DNA of 64,000 bases from an uncultured Aquiluna sp. (GTDB lineage: Bacteria; Actinomycetota; Actinomycetes; Actinomycetales; Microbacteriaceae): the NCBI GenBank assembly GCA_913775595.1, contig CAJYLB010000001.1, forward strand, positions 620,001 to 684,000, in the 5' to 3' direction. Positions within the stretch are counted from its first letter, which is position 1. Each line of letters starts with the position of its first letter. Positions 1 through 8,284 of the stretch are shown here, one piece after another. Position numbers and translations under genes: made by a program. The notes under the pieces are model-generated. The model saw nothing but the letters and a program-made list of their open reading frames with translations, did not search any database and had not been told where the DNA came from.

Positions 1-1
1 A

Positions 2-1207
2 CCGATTCTCGAAGAAAGTTACGGGGTTGTGGTCTTTCACGAACAACTCATGCGAATCATGCAGAAGATGACCGGCTGCAGCCTCGCTCAGGCTGATGAG
101 ATGCGTCGAAAACTTAGCAAGGAGGCAAAGGCTGCCAGTGTCTCAAACTACTTCCACAAGGCGGCAGCAGCCCGCGGCTACCAAAAACAACTCATCGATA
201 AGGTTTGGTCAATCATTGAGGGCTTTGGAAGCTTTGGTTTCTGCAAGGCACACGGCGCCGCATTTGCCCTTCCCACATATCACTCTGCCTGGCTAAAGAC
301 CCACTACCCAACCGAGTTCATAGCGGGACTTTTGACTCATGACCCTGGAATGTACCCAAGAAGACTTCTCCTTGCAGAAGCTAGGAGGCTTGGGGTTCGG
401 CTCCTTCCGATTGATGTGAATAGATCAACAAACGAATACCTGGTCGAGAAGGCAGCTGAGGGATTCGGGGTTCGAATGGCTCTGACCGAGATTGTTGGAA
501 TCTCAGTACGGGAAATAGAAAGAATTATCTGCGAACAGCCCTTTAGAGACATTGCCGATTTCTACGTCAGAGCAAGGCCCGCAAGGAGAACTCTTGAAAG
601 GCTCGCACTAATTGGTGCTTTGGATAGCCTCGCGGGGATATCTGGCGAGGATGCTCAGCACAGCCGTGGTGACCTACTTGTCCACATCAGGCAGCTCACT
701 GCTAAACGACCTGCAGCCGAGGATAAGAACCAACTTAGCTTTGCACTCGGATCTCTAGACAACCTCCCCAAGGGAAATCCAGCACCGCCAAGGCAGGAAA
801 AACTGGACCAAGAGCTCAAATACACAGGCATGGACATCTCAGAGCATCAGATTGAGAGATTCCAAAGAATGCTGGATGACCTGGGGGTTGTGAGGGCATC
901 GGAACTAGTTGACCTCAGGAGCAACACGGAGGTTTTGGTTGCGGGAGTGAGGGTGGCCACGCAAACTCCTCCGATGCGAAGCGGCAAGCGCGTGGTGTTT
1001 ATCAGCCTCGACGATGGCACTGGATGCGCCGATGCCACATTCTTTGACGAGGCTCAGCGCAGATGCTCAAGTCTGCTTTTTCAAAACCGACTACTCCTGA
1101 TATCAGGAAAGACCCGCCGCACTGGTGTGCGAGGGGTCTCGGTCCTGGCCGAAAATGCCTGGGATCTCAGGCAGCTTTGGCTCGAGTGGGAAAAGAAGGC
1201 TTCCTAG
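2..1207 (+). CDS. dnaE2: Error-prone DNA polymerase III alpha subunit DnaE2, 3' part (5' end outside window)
   Basis: The frame is open from base 2 (PILEESYGVVVFHEQ...). It carries FGSFGFCKAH, WLKTHYP and an OB fold with the actinobacterial DnaE2-type motif TPPMRSGKRVVFISLDDGTG. Confidence 0.85.
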   Translation, partial: PILEESYGVVVFHEQLMRIMQKMTGCSLAQADEMRRKLSKEAKAASVSNYFHKAAAARGYQKQLIDKVWSIIEGFGSFGFCKAHGAAFALPTYHSAWLKTHYPTEFIAGLLTHDPGMYPRRLLLAEARRLGVRLLPIDVNRSTNEYLVEKAAEGFGVRMALTEIVGISVREIERIICEQPFRDIADFYVRARPARRTLERLALIGALDSLAGISGEDAQHSRGDLLVHIRQLTAKRPAAEDKNQLSFALGSLDNLPKGNPAPPRQEKLDQELKYTGMDISEHQIERFQRMLDDLGVVRASELVDLRSNTEVLVAGVRVATQTPPMRSGKRVVFISLDDGTGCADATFFDEAQRRCSSLLFQNRLLLISGKTRRTGVRGVSVLAENAWDLRQLWLEWEKKAS

Positions 1208-1947
1208 TCGTTATTGAAGATTGCCAGCATTCTCAGAATCTCGACGTAGAGCCAGATTAGGGAGGCAGTCAGACCAAACGCTGCCCGCCACTCCATCTGC
1301 TCAGGCCAGCCCTGCTCAACTCCCTGGCGGATAGTCTCGAAATCTAGATTAAGAGTGAAAGCTGCAAGCCCAACACCAACGAGGGCGATAAGCCAGCCAA
1401 ATGGGCTGGTGTAGACGCTAATGCCGGCAAATAGAGCAAAGCCGAGGTTGACCATCGCAAACACAAAGTAGCCCATGATGGCAAACGTCATGATGCGTGT
1501 GAATCTGGCATCAACTTTGACCCAGCCGAATCGATAGGCGGCGAACATCGCGCCCGCGGTCGCAAAGGTACCAATAACCGCTGTCTGAACGATTCCCGGA
1601 TACATGGCCTCAAAGATGCCGCTGATGCCGCCAATGAAGACACCTTGGGCGAGGGCGTAAGCCATCATCACACCAGGACGAACCTTCTTTGAGAAAGCTG
1701 CCCAGAGTCCAAGCCCAAGACCAACAAACATTGCAGGGAATGCAAGGCTGTACAGGCCAAGGAACCAAGTGACGCCAGCTCCAGCCAAGACAGCCAAGAA
1801 CATACCCATCACCTTGGAAGTGGTACCTTCCATGGTCATCCTTGTTTGGGTGATGCGCCCAAACTCCTCATCAACCACGCTCGGCGAGATGCGCTCTGCC
1901 ATAAGTCCGGTCTTCAAAGACTGATTGAAAGCAGGATTGTGTGACAA
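1204..1947 (-). CDS. Bax inhibitor-1/YccA family membrane protein
   Basis: About 7 hydrophobic segments; C-terminal LDF...W.AAFGL...L.WLYVEILR motif; SD AAGGAG upstream. Confidence 0.85.
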   Translation of the reverse strand: MSHNPAFNQSLKTGLMAERISPSVVDEEFGRITQTRMTMEGTTSKVMGMFLAVLAGAGVTWFLGLYSLAFPAMFVGLGLGLWAAFSKKVRPGVMMAYALAQGVFIGGISGIFEAMYPGIVQTAVIGTFATAGAMFAAYRFGWVKVDARFTRIMTFAIMGYFVFAMVNLGFALFAGISVYTSPFGWLIALVGVGLAAFTLNLDFETIRQGVEQGWPEQMEWRAAFGLTASLIWLYVEILRMLAIFNND

Positions 1948-1979
1948 CTTAGCTCCTTCTAATAACTAGGTCTGGCCTG

Positions 1980-2020
1980 ATTCTAAGTGAGGAAGCTGGA
2001 AAAATCCTGCGAAGTGGCTG
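1980..2020 (-). promoter_or_regulatory. Putative promoter (-10 TAGAAT) with phased direct repeats upstream of the YccA-family gene
   Basis: -10-like TAGAAT at 1980-1985 (minus strand). CTG on the plus strand (CAG on minus) recurs at 1996, 2007 and 2018, an 11-bp period. Confidence 0.35.
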
Positions 2021-2027
2021 TTTGGAG

Positions 2028-2100
2028 TGGACCTGAGGGGACTTGAACCCCTGACCCCCTGCATGCCATGCAGGTGCGCTACCAGCTGCGCCACAGGCCC
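2028..2100 (-). tRNA. tRNA-Ala (GGC)
   Basis: Reverse complement GGGCCTGTGGCGCAGCTGGTAGCGCACCTGCATGGCATGCAGGGGGTCAGGGGTTCAAGTCCCCTCAGGTCCA folds as a cloverleaf with anticodon GGC and a G3-U70 pair; CCA not encoded. Confidence 0.97.
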
Positions 2101-2126
2101 AAAAGCTTTGTAAGTCTACACAAGAA

Positions 2127-2480
2127 TCATTCGGTGGGCACAACCGGACAATCACGCCAAAGCCTCTCGAGCGAGTAATACTCTCTCTCCTGCTCATGCA
2201 TGACGTGAACAACCAGGTCGCCAAAGTCCAATAGGACCCAGCGACCTGTTTGCTTGCCCTCTCTAAAACGAGCTTTTACGTCTTTCTTCGCAAGCTCATC
2301 TTCAACTGCCTCCGCGATAGCAAGCGCCTGACGCTCATTCTTGGCCGAGACAATTAGGAAAACTTCGGCTAGGGCAAAAGGGTCAGTGACGTCCAGCGCG
2401 ACAAGCTCCTCACCAAGCTTCTCCCTGGCTGCACCTGCAGCAACTTTGAGAAGAGAGATTGTCTCTTTGCTTGCAGCCAA
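2127..2480 (-). CDS. rsfS: Ribosome silencing factor RsfS (Iojap)
   Basis: WVLLDFGDLVVHVM...REYYSLERLW motif; conserved position near nadD. Confidence 0.95.
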   Translation of the reverse strand: MAASKETISLLKVAAGAAREKLGEELVALDVTDPFALAEVFLIVSAKNERQALAIAEAVEDELAKKDVKARFREGKQTGRWVLLDFGDLVVHVMHEQEREYYSLERLWRDCPVVPTE

Positions 2481-2483
2481 GCC

Positions 2484-3224
2484 TTATCCCCCGACCGCGC
2501 TCAGAATCGTCATAACGGCAATGATTGCTGCGACTATGAGTCCTGCCGAGCCTGCACCAACGGCCCAAGGTTTCCACCAACCCTTTCGAAGGACCTTTGC
2601 CGGGACGGCCGCGAAACCCGAGCGCTCATCGATTAGTTGCAGGGCGCTGATTGGTTCAACAGTTGAAATAACTCCGGTAACGCTCTCGCCTTCTTCGGTG
2701 TCAATACCATCCATCCCCTCAAGTGCTGCTGTAGTCGGGCCCGTCATCGGACCCGAGATGACCTCGATTGAGCCTGTGATCGCAACCTCCCCAGTTTCAA
2801 TGGGGAGGGAGATGGCCTCAGGCATAGAGTCCAGGATGATGGATTCGGTTGAAGGCTCAGCAAGCAGATTTTGTCCAGTGAAGGTTGGCTCAGGGAAGTC
2901 GACCTGCGGAGGGTCAATCGTCTTTGGCTCGACCGCCGCTGCTCTCCTGGCTCTTCTGGAATCCGGCTGCGCAGAAGACTTCTCTAAAACCGCAGGTCTC
3001 TCATCTATTCTTGCGGGCGATCCCAGAAGACCCTGCTCTCGCATTTGTCTTCTGGTGAGCTGCTGCTCAGTGCGTGCCTCCTGTGTGGGTGTCGCAACTG
3101 GTTTCTGCCTTGCAGGTGAAGGACTGGCAGGGGCAGTATGACTCGGGTTCGCGGACTGCAAGGGAGTTACCTCTCCCCTGCGTTCCGCCTCGCGAAGCTG
3201 ACGCCTAGTTAGCTGCTGAGTCAC
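2484..3224 (-). CDS. Hypothetical protein, low-complexity N-terminus with LTRRQ repeats and one C-terminal TM helix
   Basis: 246-aa ORF that fills the nadD-rsfS gap and overlaps the nadD stop; hydrophobic C-terminus. Confidence 0.75.
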   Translation of the reverse strand: MTQQLTRRQLREAERRGEVTPLQSANPSHTAPASPSPARQKPVATPTQEARTEQQLTRRQMREQGLLGSPARIDERPAVLEKSSAQPDSRRARRAAAVEPKTIDPPQVDFPEPTFTGQNLLAEPSTESIILDSMPEAISLPIETGEVAITGSIEVISGPMTGPTTAALEGMDGIDTEEGESVTGVISTVEPISALQLIDERSGFAAVPAKVLRKGWWKPWAVGAGSAGLIVAAIIAVMTILSAVGG

Positions 3225-3813
3225 CTAGTCCCCTGTATAAACGGTGCTTGGCAATGTACTGGACAACTCCATCAGGCACCAAATACCAAATTGGCTTCCC
3301 TGCCGTTGCTCTGTCCCTGACGTCGGTCGATGAGATTGCCAAAGCCGGCACTTCAAGCTGCGTAATTTTGGCTCCCTCTGCCTGAGGCAGCTCCAGGGCA
3401 TGTCCAGGTCGAGTTACCGCAACAAAGTGAGCAAGATCCCAAACCTCATCGATCTGCTTCCACACAAGAATCTGGGCAATGGCGTCGGCTCCTGAGATGA
3501 AGAACAGCTCCGCGTCTGGCTTTGCCTTCTTTATCTCTTTCAAGGTGTCGACGGTGTAGGTGGTTCCAGGTCGATCAATGTCTACCCTGCTCACCTCAAA
3601 TCTTGGGTTCGCAGCTGTAGCGATTACCGTCATGAGGTAACGGTGCTCAGACGAGCTAACTACCTTCTTGTGCCAAGGCTCTCCCGTTGGAACAAAGATA
3701 ACTTCATCTAGTTCGAAGGCGTCGGCTGCTTCAGAGGCGGCAACCAAGTGGCCGTGGTGAATTGGGTCGAAAGTTCCACCCATCACGCCAACGCGTGGCC
3801 CCTTGGCGTTCAT
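3205..3813 (-). CDS. nadD: Nicotinate-nucleotide adenylyltransferase
   Basis: [11 protein letters not shown] and ISST motifs. Confidence 0.97.
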   Translation of the reverse strand: MNAKGPRVGVMGGTFDPIHHGHLVAASEAADAFELDEVIFVPTGEPWHKKVVSSSEHRYLMTVIATAANPRFEVSRVDIDRPGTTYTVDTLKEIKKAKPDAELFFISGADAIAQILVWKQIDEVWDLAHFVAVTRPGHALELPQAEGAKITQLEVPALAISSTDVRDRATAGKPIWYLVPDGVVQYIAKHRLYRGLGDSAAN

Positions 3814-3819
3814 GGTTTA

Positions 3820-3996
3820 CTAGTGGCCCGCCTGGTGGCTTGAACGTCGTGGATTGCGATTGGAGACGTCTCGATACGACCATGTCACTGCACCCAGTGC
3901 CACAAAGCCAACAAGTGCTATCAGGCCATACAAAACAGCAGGCATTGGCAGCTCGTTGTGGTGAACGATGGCTTCTTCAAGAAGTATTGAAATCAC
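3820..3996 (-). CDS. Small single-TM hypothetical protein (58 aa; absent from the ORF track)
   Basis: Manual translation: MISILLEEAIVHHNELPMPAVLYGLIALVGFVALGAVTWSYRDVSNRNPRRSSHQAGH*. GTG start preceded by AGGAG; fills the proA-nadD gap. Confidence 0.8.
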   Translation of the reverse strand: MISILLEEAIVHHNELPMPAVLYGLIALVGFVALGAVTWSYRDVSNRNPRRSSHQAGH

Positions 3997-4021
3997 AGAA
4001 TCTCCTATCTCTACTTCAAGT

Positions 4022-5263
4022 TTAGCTTCGGACTTGGCCGTTGCCTCTAACCAGCCACTTTGTGCTGGTTAGTTCGCTGAGGCCCATTGGGCCACGAGCA
4101 TGAAGCTTTTGGGTTGAGATGCCAACCTCTGCTCCAAATCCAAACTCTCCGCCATCGGTGAATCTCGTGGACGTATTTACCATGACAGCAGCCGAGTCCA
4201 CGGCGCTCAAAAACCTCTCAGCATTCGCAAGGTCAGATGTAACGATTGACTCGGTGTGATGAGTTGAATATTTGGCGATGTGCTCCAAAGCGGCATCGAG
4301 GTCATCAACAACCCGCACCGACAATTCCAGAGCCAAATATTCGGTCTTCCAAGTGTCATCGTTGGCTGGCTCAGCCTCAATGTACTTGCGACTCTCCTCG
4401 CATCCGTGAAGCTTGACTCCAGCTTCAACCAGTGCTTTGCCAATATCGGGCAGCAACCTCTCAGCTGCAGCCTTGTGGACAAGCAGTGTCTCGAGGGCAT
4501 TGCAGACAGATGGGCGATGGGTCTTTGAGTTGATTACGAGAGGTAAAGCCATCTCAAGCTCAGCAGTCTCGTCGAGGAACATGTGAACTATGCCGTCTCC
4601 AGTTTCAATGACCGGAACTTTCGAATTCTGGACAACGCTCTGAATCAGAGCTGCGGACCCTCTGGGGATTAGAACGTCGATGAAACCCCTAGCCTGCATC
4701 ATCTCGGTGGCGCCGTCCCTGCCGAACTCGTCAACTGTTTCAACAGCCGAGGCGGGCAAGCCGCTCTCCTTCAAGCCCTGTTGTATTAGGGAAACGAGCA
4801 CCTGATTGGTCCGCTCGGCAGCTGATCCACCCCTTAGCACGGCTGCGTTCCCACTCTTCAGGGCTAGTGCAGCGATGTCCACGGTGACATTTGGCCTCGC
4901 CTCGTAGATGCAACCAATTACGCCAAATGGGACTTTTACCTGCTGAAGAGCGATGCCGTTTGGAAGAGTCTTTCCCTGGACGCTGACCCCCACTGGGTCT
5001 GGTAGGGCAATAATCTCCGAGATTGAGTTGGCAAGGCCCTGAATCCGAGCCTGGTCCAACTTGAGCCTGTCTAGCAGCCCTTGGGCTAGGCCGTTTTCTT
5101 TGCCTCTCTCAAGATCTTCGCCGTTCGCGGCCACGATGTCTTTGGCGTTTTCCAACAAAAGGCCCGCGATGTGCCTCAGAGCGGCATTCTTAGCATCAGT
5201 TGATGCCACGGCAAGTGTTGGAGAAGCGGACTTAGCCCGCTCGAGAATTGCTTGAGTGCTCAT
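4022..5263 (-). CDS. proA: Glutamate-5-semialdehyde dehydrogenase
   Basis: IYEARPNVT, VCNALET and STRFTDGGEFGFGAEVGISTQKLHARGPMG motifs. Confidence 0.98.
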   Translation of the reverse strand: MSTQAILERAKSASPTLAVASTDAKNAALRHIAGLLLENAKDIVAANGEDLERGKENGLAQGLLDRLKLDQARIQGLANSISEIIALPDPVGVSVQGKTLPNGIALQQVKVPFGVIGCIYEARPNVTVDIAALALKSGNAAVLRGGSAAERTNQVLVSLIQQGLKESGLPASAVETVDEFGRDGATEMMQARGFIDVLIPRGSAALIQSVVQNSKVPVIETGDGIVHMFLDETAELEMALPLVINSKTHRPSVCNALETLLVHKAAAERLLPDIGKALVEAGVKLHGCEESRKYIEAEPANDDTWKTEYLALELSVRVVDDLDAALEHIAKYSTHHTESIVTSDLANAERFLSAVDSAAVMVNTSTRFTDGGEFGFGAEVGISTQKLHARGPMGLSELTSTKWLVRGNGQVRS

Positions 5264-5272
5264 TGCAGAATC

Positions 5273-6058
5273 CTAACCAACAGCCTCAGCGATGGGTTCA
5301 AACCAGGTGTGATTTGGATTCCCAGTCGCAAGCTCGCCAACCAGCTCTGTGGCGGTAAGGATCACTCCCACTCCACCTTCTGCGGCGTAGCGAGCAGCAG
5401 CAAGCTTTGTAAGAGCTCCTCCAGTTCCGTAGCCGGTTGAGGTTCCCGACACCTGTATGTGCGATAGGTCGTCACCCTGCGTGACCGACAGGATGCGTTC
5501 CGCGCCAGCCTCCTGAGGAGGTTTTGAGTAGAGCGAGTCCACATCACTGAGCAAAATCAGCAGATCAGCCTTGGCCAGCAGCGACACCCTCGAGGCAAGC
5601 CGGTCGTTATCACCAAAGCGAATTTCTTGGGTGGCGACAGAGTCGTTTTCATTGATGATCGGCACCACGCCTATCTCCAATAGACGTTCTAGCGCCCTGG
5701 ATGCGTTAGTCCGCGGCTGCTCCTCATCGAGGTTGTCAACGGTAAGCAGGATCTGGCCTGGAATCAGCTTGTGCCGGGCGAGAGAGCGCTCATAGCGACC
5801 CATTAGCCTTGCCTGTCCAATACTGGCAAGCGCCTGGCTTGTCGCGAGATCTTCCGACTTTACTGCCAGACCAATCAGCGGCGCGGCAGTAGCGATTGCG
5901 CCCGAGCTGACAACTATTACCTCTTTGCCGCCAGCCACTTGCTCGGCAACAAAATCAACAATTAGGTCGAGGTTGTGTTCGTTTTCGCCCGTGATTGAAG
6001 AGGAGCCAATCTTTATAACGACTCTTTTTGCCTGCGACAGGCGCTCTGCGGTGTTCAC
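5273..6058 (-). CDS. proB: Glutamate 5-kinase (short form without PUA domain)
   Basis: VIKIGSS, VSSGA, INEND, FGDND and GTGG motifs. Confidence 0.96.
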   Translation of the reverse strand: MNTAERLSQAKRVVIKIGSSSITGENEHNLDLIVDFVAEQVAGGKEVIVVSSGAIATAAPLIGLAVKSEDLATSQALASIGQARLMGRYERSLARHKLIPGQILLTVDNLDEEQPRTNASRALERLLEIGVVPIINENDSVATQEIRFGDNDRLASRVSLLAKADLLILLSDVDSLYSKPPQEAGAERILSVTQGDDLSHIQVSGTSTGYGTGGALTKLAAARYAAEGGVGVILTATELVGELATGNPNHTWFEPIAEAVG

Positions 6059-7551
6059 TCGTCCTCCGAGAAAATACTTGACTCTCTTACCGCTTCACGT
6101 TCAGCTCGGCCCTTGGCCCGTTCATCCATCATTTCGTGATACTCGGCTCGACGCTGCTTGTTGGTCCTTCTTGTGTTGGGCTCAATTCTTTCAGCAACCT
6201 CACGAGCATCCGTGATTTCCGCTAACGATGAGATCAGTGGGTTCCAATCAAAGACCACTCCGTCGCCAGCGCCGATTATCACCGTTGAACCAGATCTGGC
6301 CCCCAGCTTGGTGAGTTCGTCTTCGACACCCAGTTTTTGCAGCCGCTCGGCCAGATAGCCCACTGCCTCCGCATTTCCAAACTCTGTTTGAGCAACCCAG
6401 CGCTCAGGCTTCTGCCCGACTACGCGGAATATCTCTTCGCCAGCAAGTTCCTCTCGCGTAACGCTGAAGCCTGAGGACTCAGACTCGGTTTGGAGAAGCG
6501 AGAAACGTCTGTTTGTCTCTTGAATAACTTGCGAACGGCCCTGCTCGGCCAGTGCGCCAAGTGCAAAACCCAGTTCGCGGAGTCCGGCATGTGTTGCGGT
6601 CGAGACTTGGTAGACGGGATAACCAAGCTCCTCAAAGTCTTTCTGTACGAAGTCGGCGAGCTCCTTCGCGTCGGGAATGTCAATCTTGTTGAGCACAACA
6701 ACCTGCGGACGATCCGCGAGGGGCGTCTGGCCGTCTGGGACTTCATACCTCTCAAGCTCATTCAAGATGACCTTGAGGTCGCTAAGAGGATCTCTGCCGG
6801 TTTCCAAGGTTGCGCAATCAATTACGTGGCAGAGTGCGCTGCACCGCTCCACATGCCTTAGAAACTCAAGACCGAGACCCTTACCCTCACTGGCACCTTC
6901 AATGAGTCCCGGCACGTCAGCGATCGTGAACCTTTTGTCGCCAGCCTGAACTACTCCAAGATTGGGGTGAAGGGTCGTGAATGGATAGTCGGCAATCTTC
7001 GGCCTTGCCGCGCTCATTGCGGCAATAAGCGAGGACTTACCTGCCGATGGGAAGCCGACCAGTGCAATGTCAGCGACCGTTTTAAGCTCGAGGACAATGT
7101 CGCCCTCCCAGCCTGGAACCCCGAGAAGATGAAAGCCAGGAGCGATTCTCCGCCTGTTGGCCAAGGCTGCATTTCCCAGTCCCCCCTGACCGCCCTGGGC
7201 AACAAGTAACTCCATCCCTGGATGAGCCAGATCCGCGAGAATTTCACCTGACGGGGACTTGACCACCGTTCCAACGGGAACCGGCAATTGCAGGTTTTCG
7301 CCACGATAACCGTTGTTGTAATCACCCTGGCCGTTACCTCCGGATTCCGAGCTCCGATGTGGTCGGTGGTGGTAGTCGAGCAACGTGGTGACATTGTTGT
7401 CAGAAATTAGCGAGATAGACCCGCCGTCTCCTCCGTTACCACCATCCGGGCCGGCGAGTGGCTTGTATTTTTCGCGCTTGATGCTAGTGCAGCCGTTTCC
7501 GCCAGATCCGGCGCGCAAGTGGAGAGTTACCTGATCAATAAAACTGACCAT
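6055..7551 (-). CDS. obgE: GTPase ObgE/CgtA
   Basis: Gly-rich Obg fold; GFPSAGKS, DYPFTT, DVPG and NKID motifs; C-terminal OCT-like domain. Confidence 0.98.
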   Translation of the reverse strand: MVSFIDQVTLHLRAGSGGNGCTSIKREKYKPLAGPDGGNGGDGGSISLISDNNVTTLLDYHHRPHRSSESGGNGQGDYNNGYRGENLQLPVPVGTVVKSPSGEILADLAHPGMELLVAQGGQGGLGNAALANRRRIAPGFHLLGVPGWEGDIVLELKTVADIALVGFPSAGKSSLIAAMSAARPKIADYPFTTLHPNLGVVQAGDKRFTIADVPGLIEGASEGKGLGLEFLRHVERCSALCHVIDCATLETGRDPLSDLKVILNELERYEVPDGQTPLADRPQVVVLNKIDIPDAKELADFVQKDFEELGYPVYQVSTATHAGLRELGFALGALAEQGRSQVIQETNRRFSLLQTESESSGFSVTREELAGEEIFRVVGQKPERWVAQTEFGNAEAVGYLAERLQKLGVEDELTKLGARSGSTVIIGAGDGVVFDWNPLISSLAEITDAREVAERIEPNTRRTNKQRRAEYHEMMDERAKGRAEREAVRESSIFSEDE

Positions 7552-7566
7552 GATGCTCCTCTAACT

Positions 7567-7594
7567 AAAAGAGGCGGACCCGAAGGCCCGCCTC
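7567..7594 (-). terminator. Intrinsic terminator after rplU-rpmA
   Basis: The minus strand reads GAGGCGGGCC-TTCG-GGTCCGCCTC-TTTT: a 10-bp stem, a UUCG tetraloop and a U tract. Confidence 0.85.
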
Positions 7595-7609
7595 AATTGA
7601 AATTTGTCT

Positions 7610-7861
7610 CTACTGGGAAACCACGTTTACTACGCGGCGTCCTGCCTTGGCTCCAAACTCAACTGCACCGGCGGCCAGTGCAAACAGAGTGTCGTCCTTG
7701 CCACGGCCGACATTCAGTCCCGGGTGGAAGTGGGTTCCGCGCTGGCGGACCAAAATCTCACCGGCATTGACCTGCTGGCCATCGTGGCGCTTGACGCCTA
7801 GGCGCTGAGCATTTGAGTCGCGACCGTTCCTGGTCGAGCTAACTCCCTTTTTGGATGCCAT
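7610..7861 (-). CDS. rpmA: 50S ribosomal protein L27
   Basis: [24 protein letters not shown] signature. Confidence 0.99.
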   Translation of the reverse strand: MASKKGVSSTRNGRDSNAQRLGVKRHDGQQVNAGEILVRQRGTHFHPGLNVGRGKDDTLFALAAGAVEFGAKAGRRVVNVVSQ

Positions 7862-7874
7862 TTGTTCTACCTGC

Positions 7875-8180
7875 CTACTTGATTTCGGTGACCTTGACGC
7901 GGGTCAGGTCCTGCCTGTGACCCTGTCGCTTTTTGTAACCGGTCTTGTTCTTGTACTTCTGGATAACAATCTTTGGTCCGCGAGTCTGGTCAAGAACCTC
8001 AGCAACAACCTTGACCTTGGCAAGCGCCTTTGCATCGCTGGTGACCTTCTCGCCGTCCACAAGGAGCAGAGCTGGAAGCTCGATCTTGCCCGAAGTCGCG
8101 GCAATGCGGTTCATGGTGACGATAGTGCCGACCTCAACCTTTTCCTGGCGGCCGCCTGCACGTACTACTGCGTAAACCAC
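7875..8180 (-). CDS. rplU: 50S ribosomal protein L21
   Basis: [13 protein letters not shown]...KKRQGHRQ signature. Confidence 0.99.
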   Translation of the reverse strand: MVYAVVRAGGRQEKVEVGTIVTMNRIAATSGKIELPALLLVDGEKVTSDAKALAKVKVVAEVLDQTRGPKIVIQKYKNKTGYKKRQGHRQDLTRVKVTEIK

Positions 8181-8239
8181 TTTGAAACCTATCTTTACGG
8201 GGTATCTCTCATCCGAACCTGGACGAGCAACAGCGCCTA

Positions 8240-8268
8240 AGTTTAGTGAAGTTTGGACCCTCGGTCAA
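8240..8268 (-). promoter_or_regulatory. Sigma-A-type promoter of rplU-rpmA
   Basis: TTGACC (8268-8263), 17-nt spacer, TAAACT (8245-8240) on the minus strand. Confidence 0.75.
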
Positions 8269-8284
8269 CAAATATCGGGGCTAT

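Noticed and set aside
2341..3141. 266-aa plus-strand ORF
   Set aside because: Antisense shadow of the minus-strand genes; no motif or SD.
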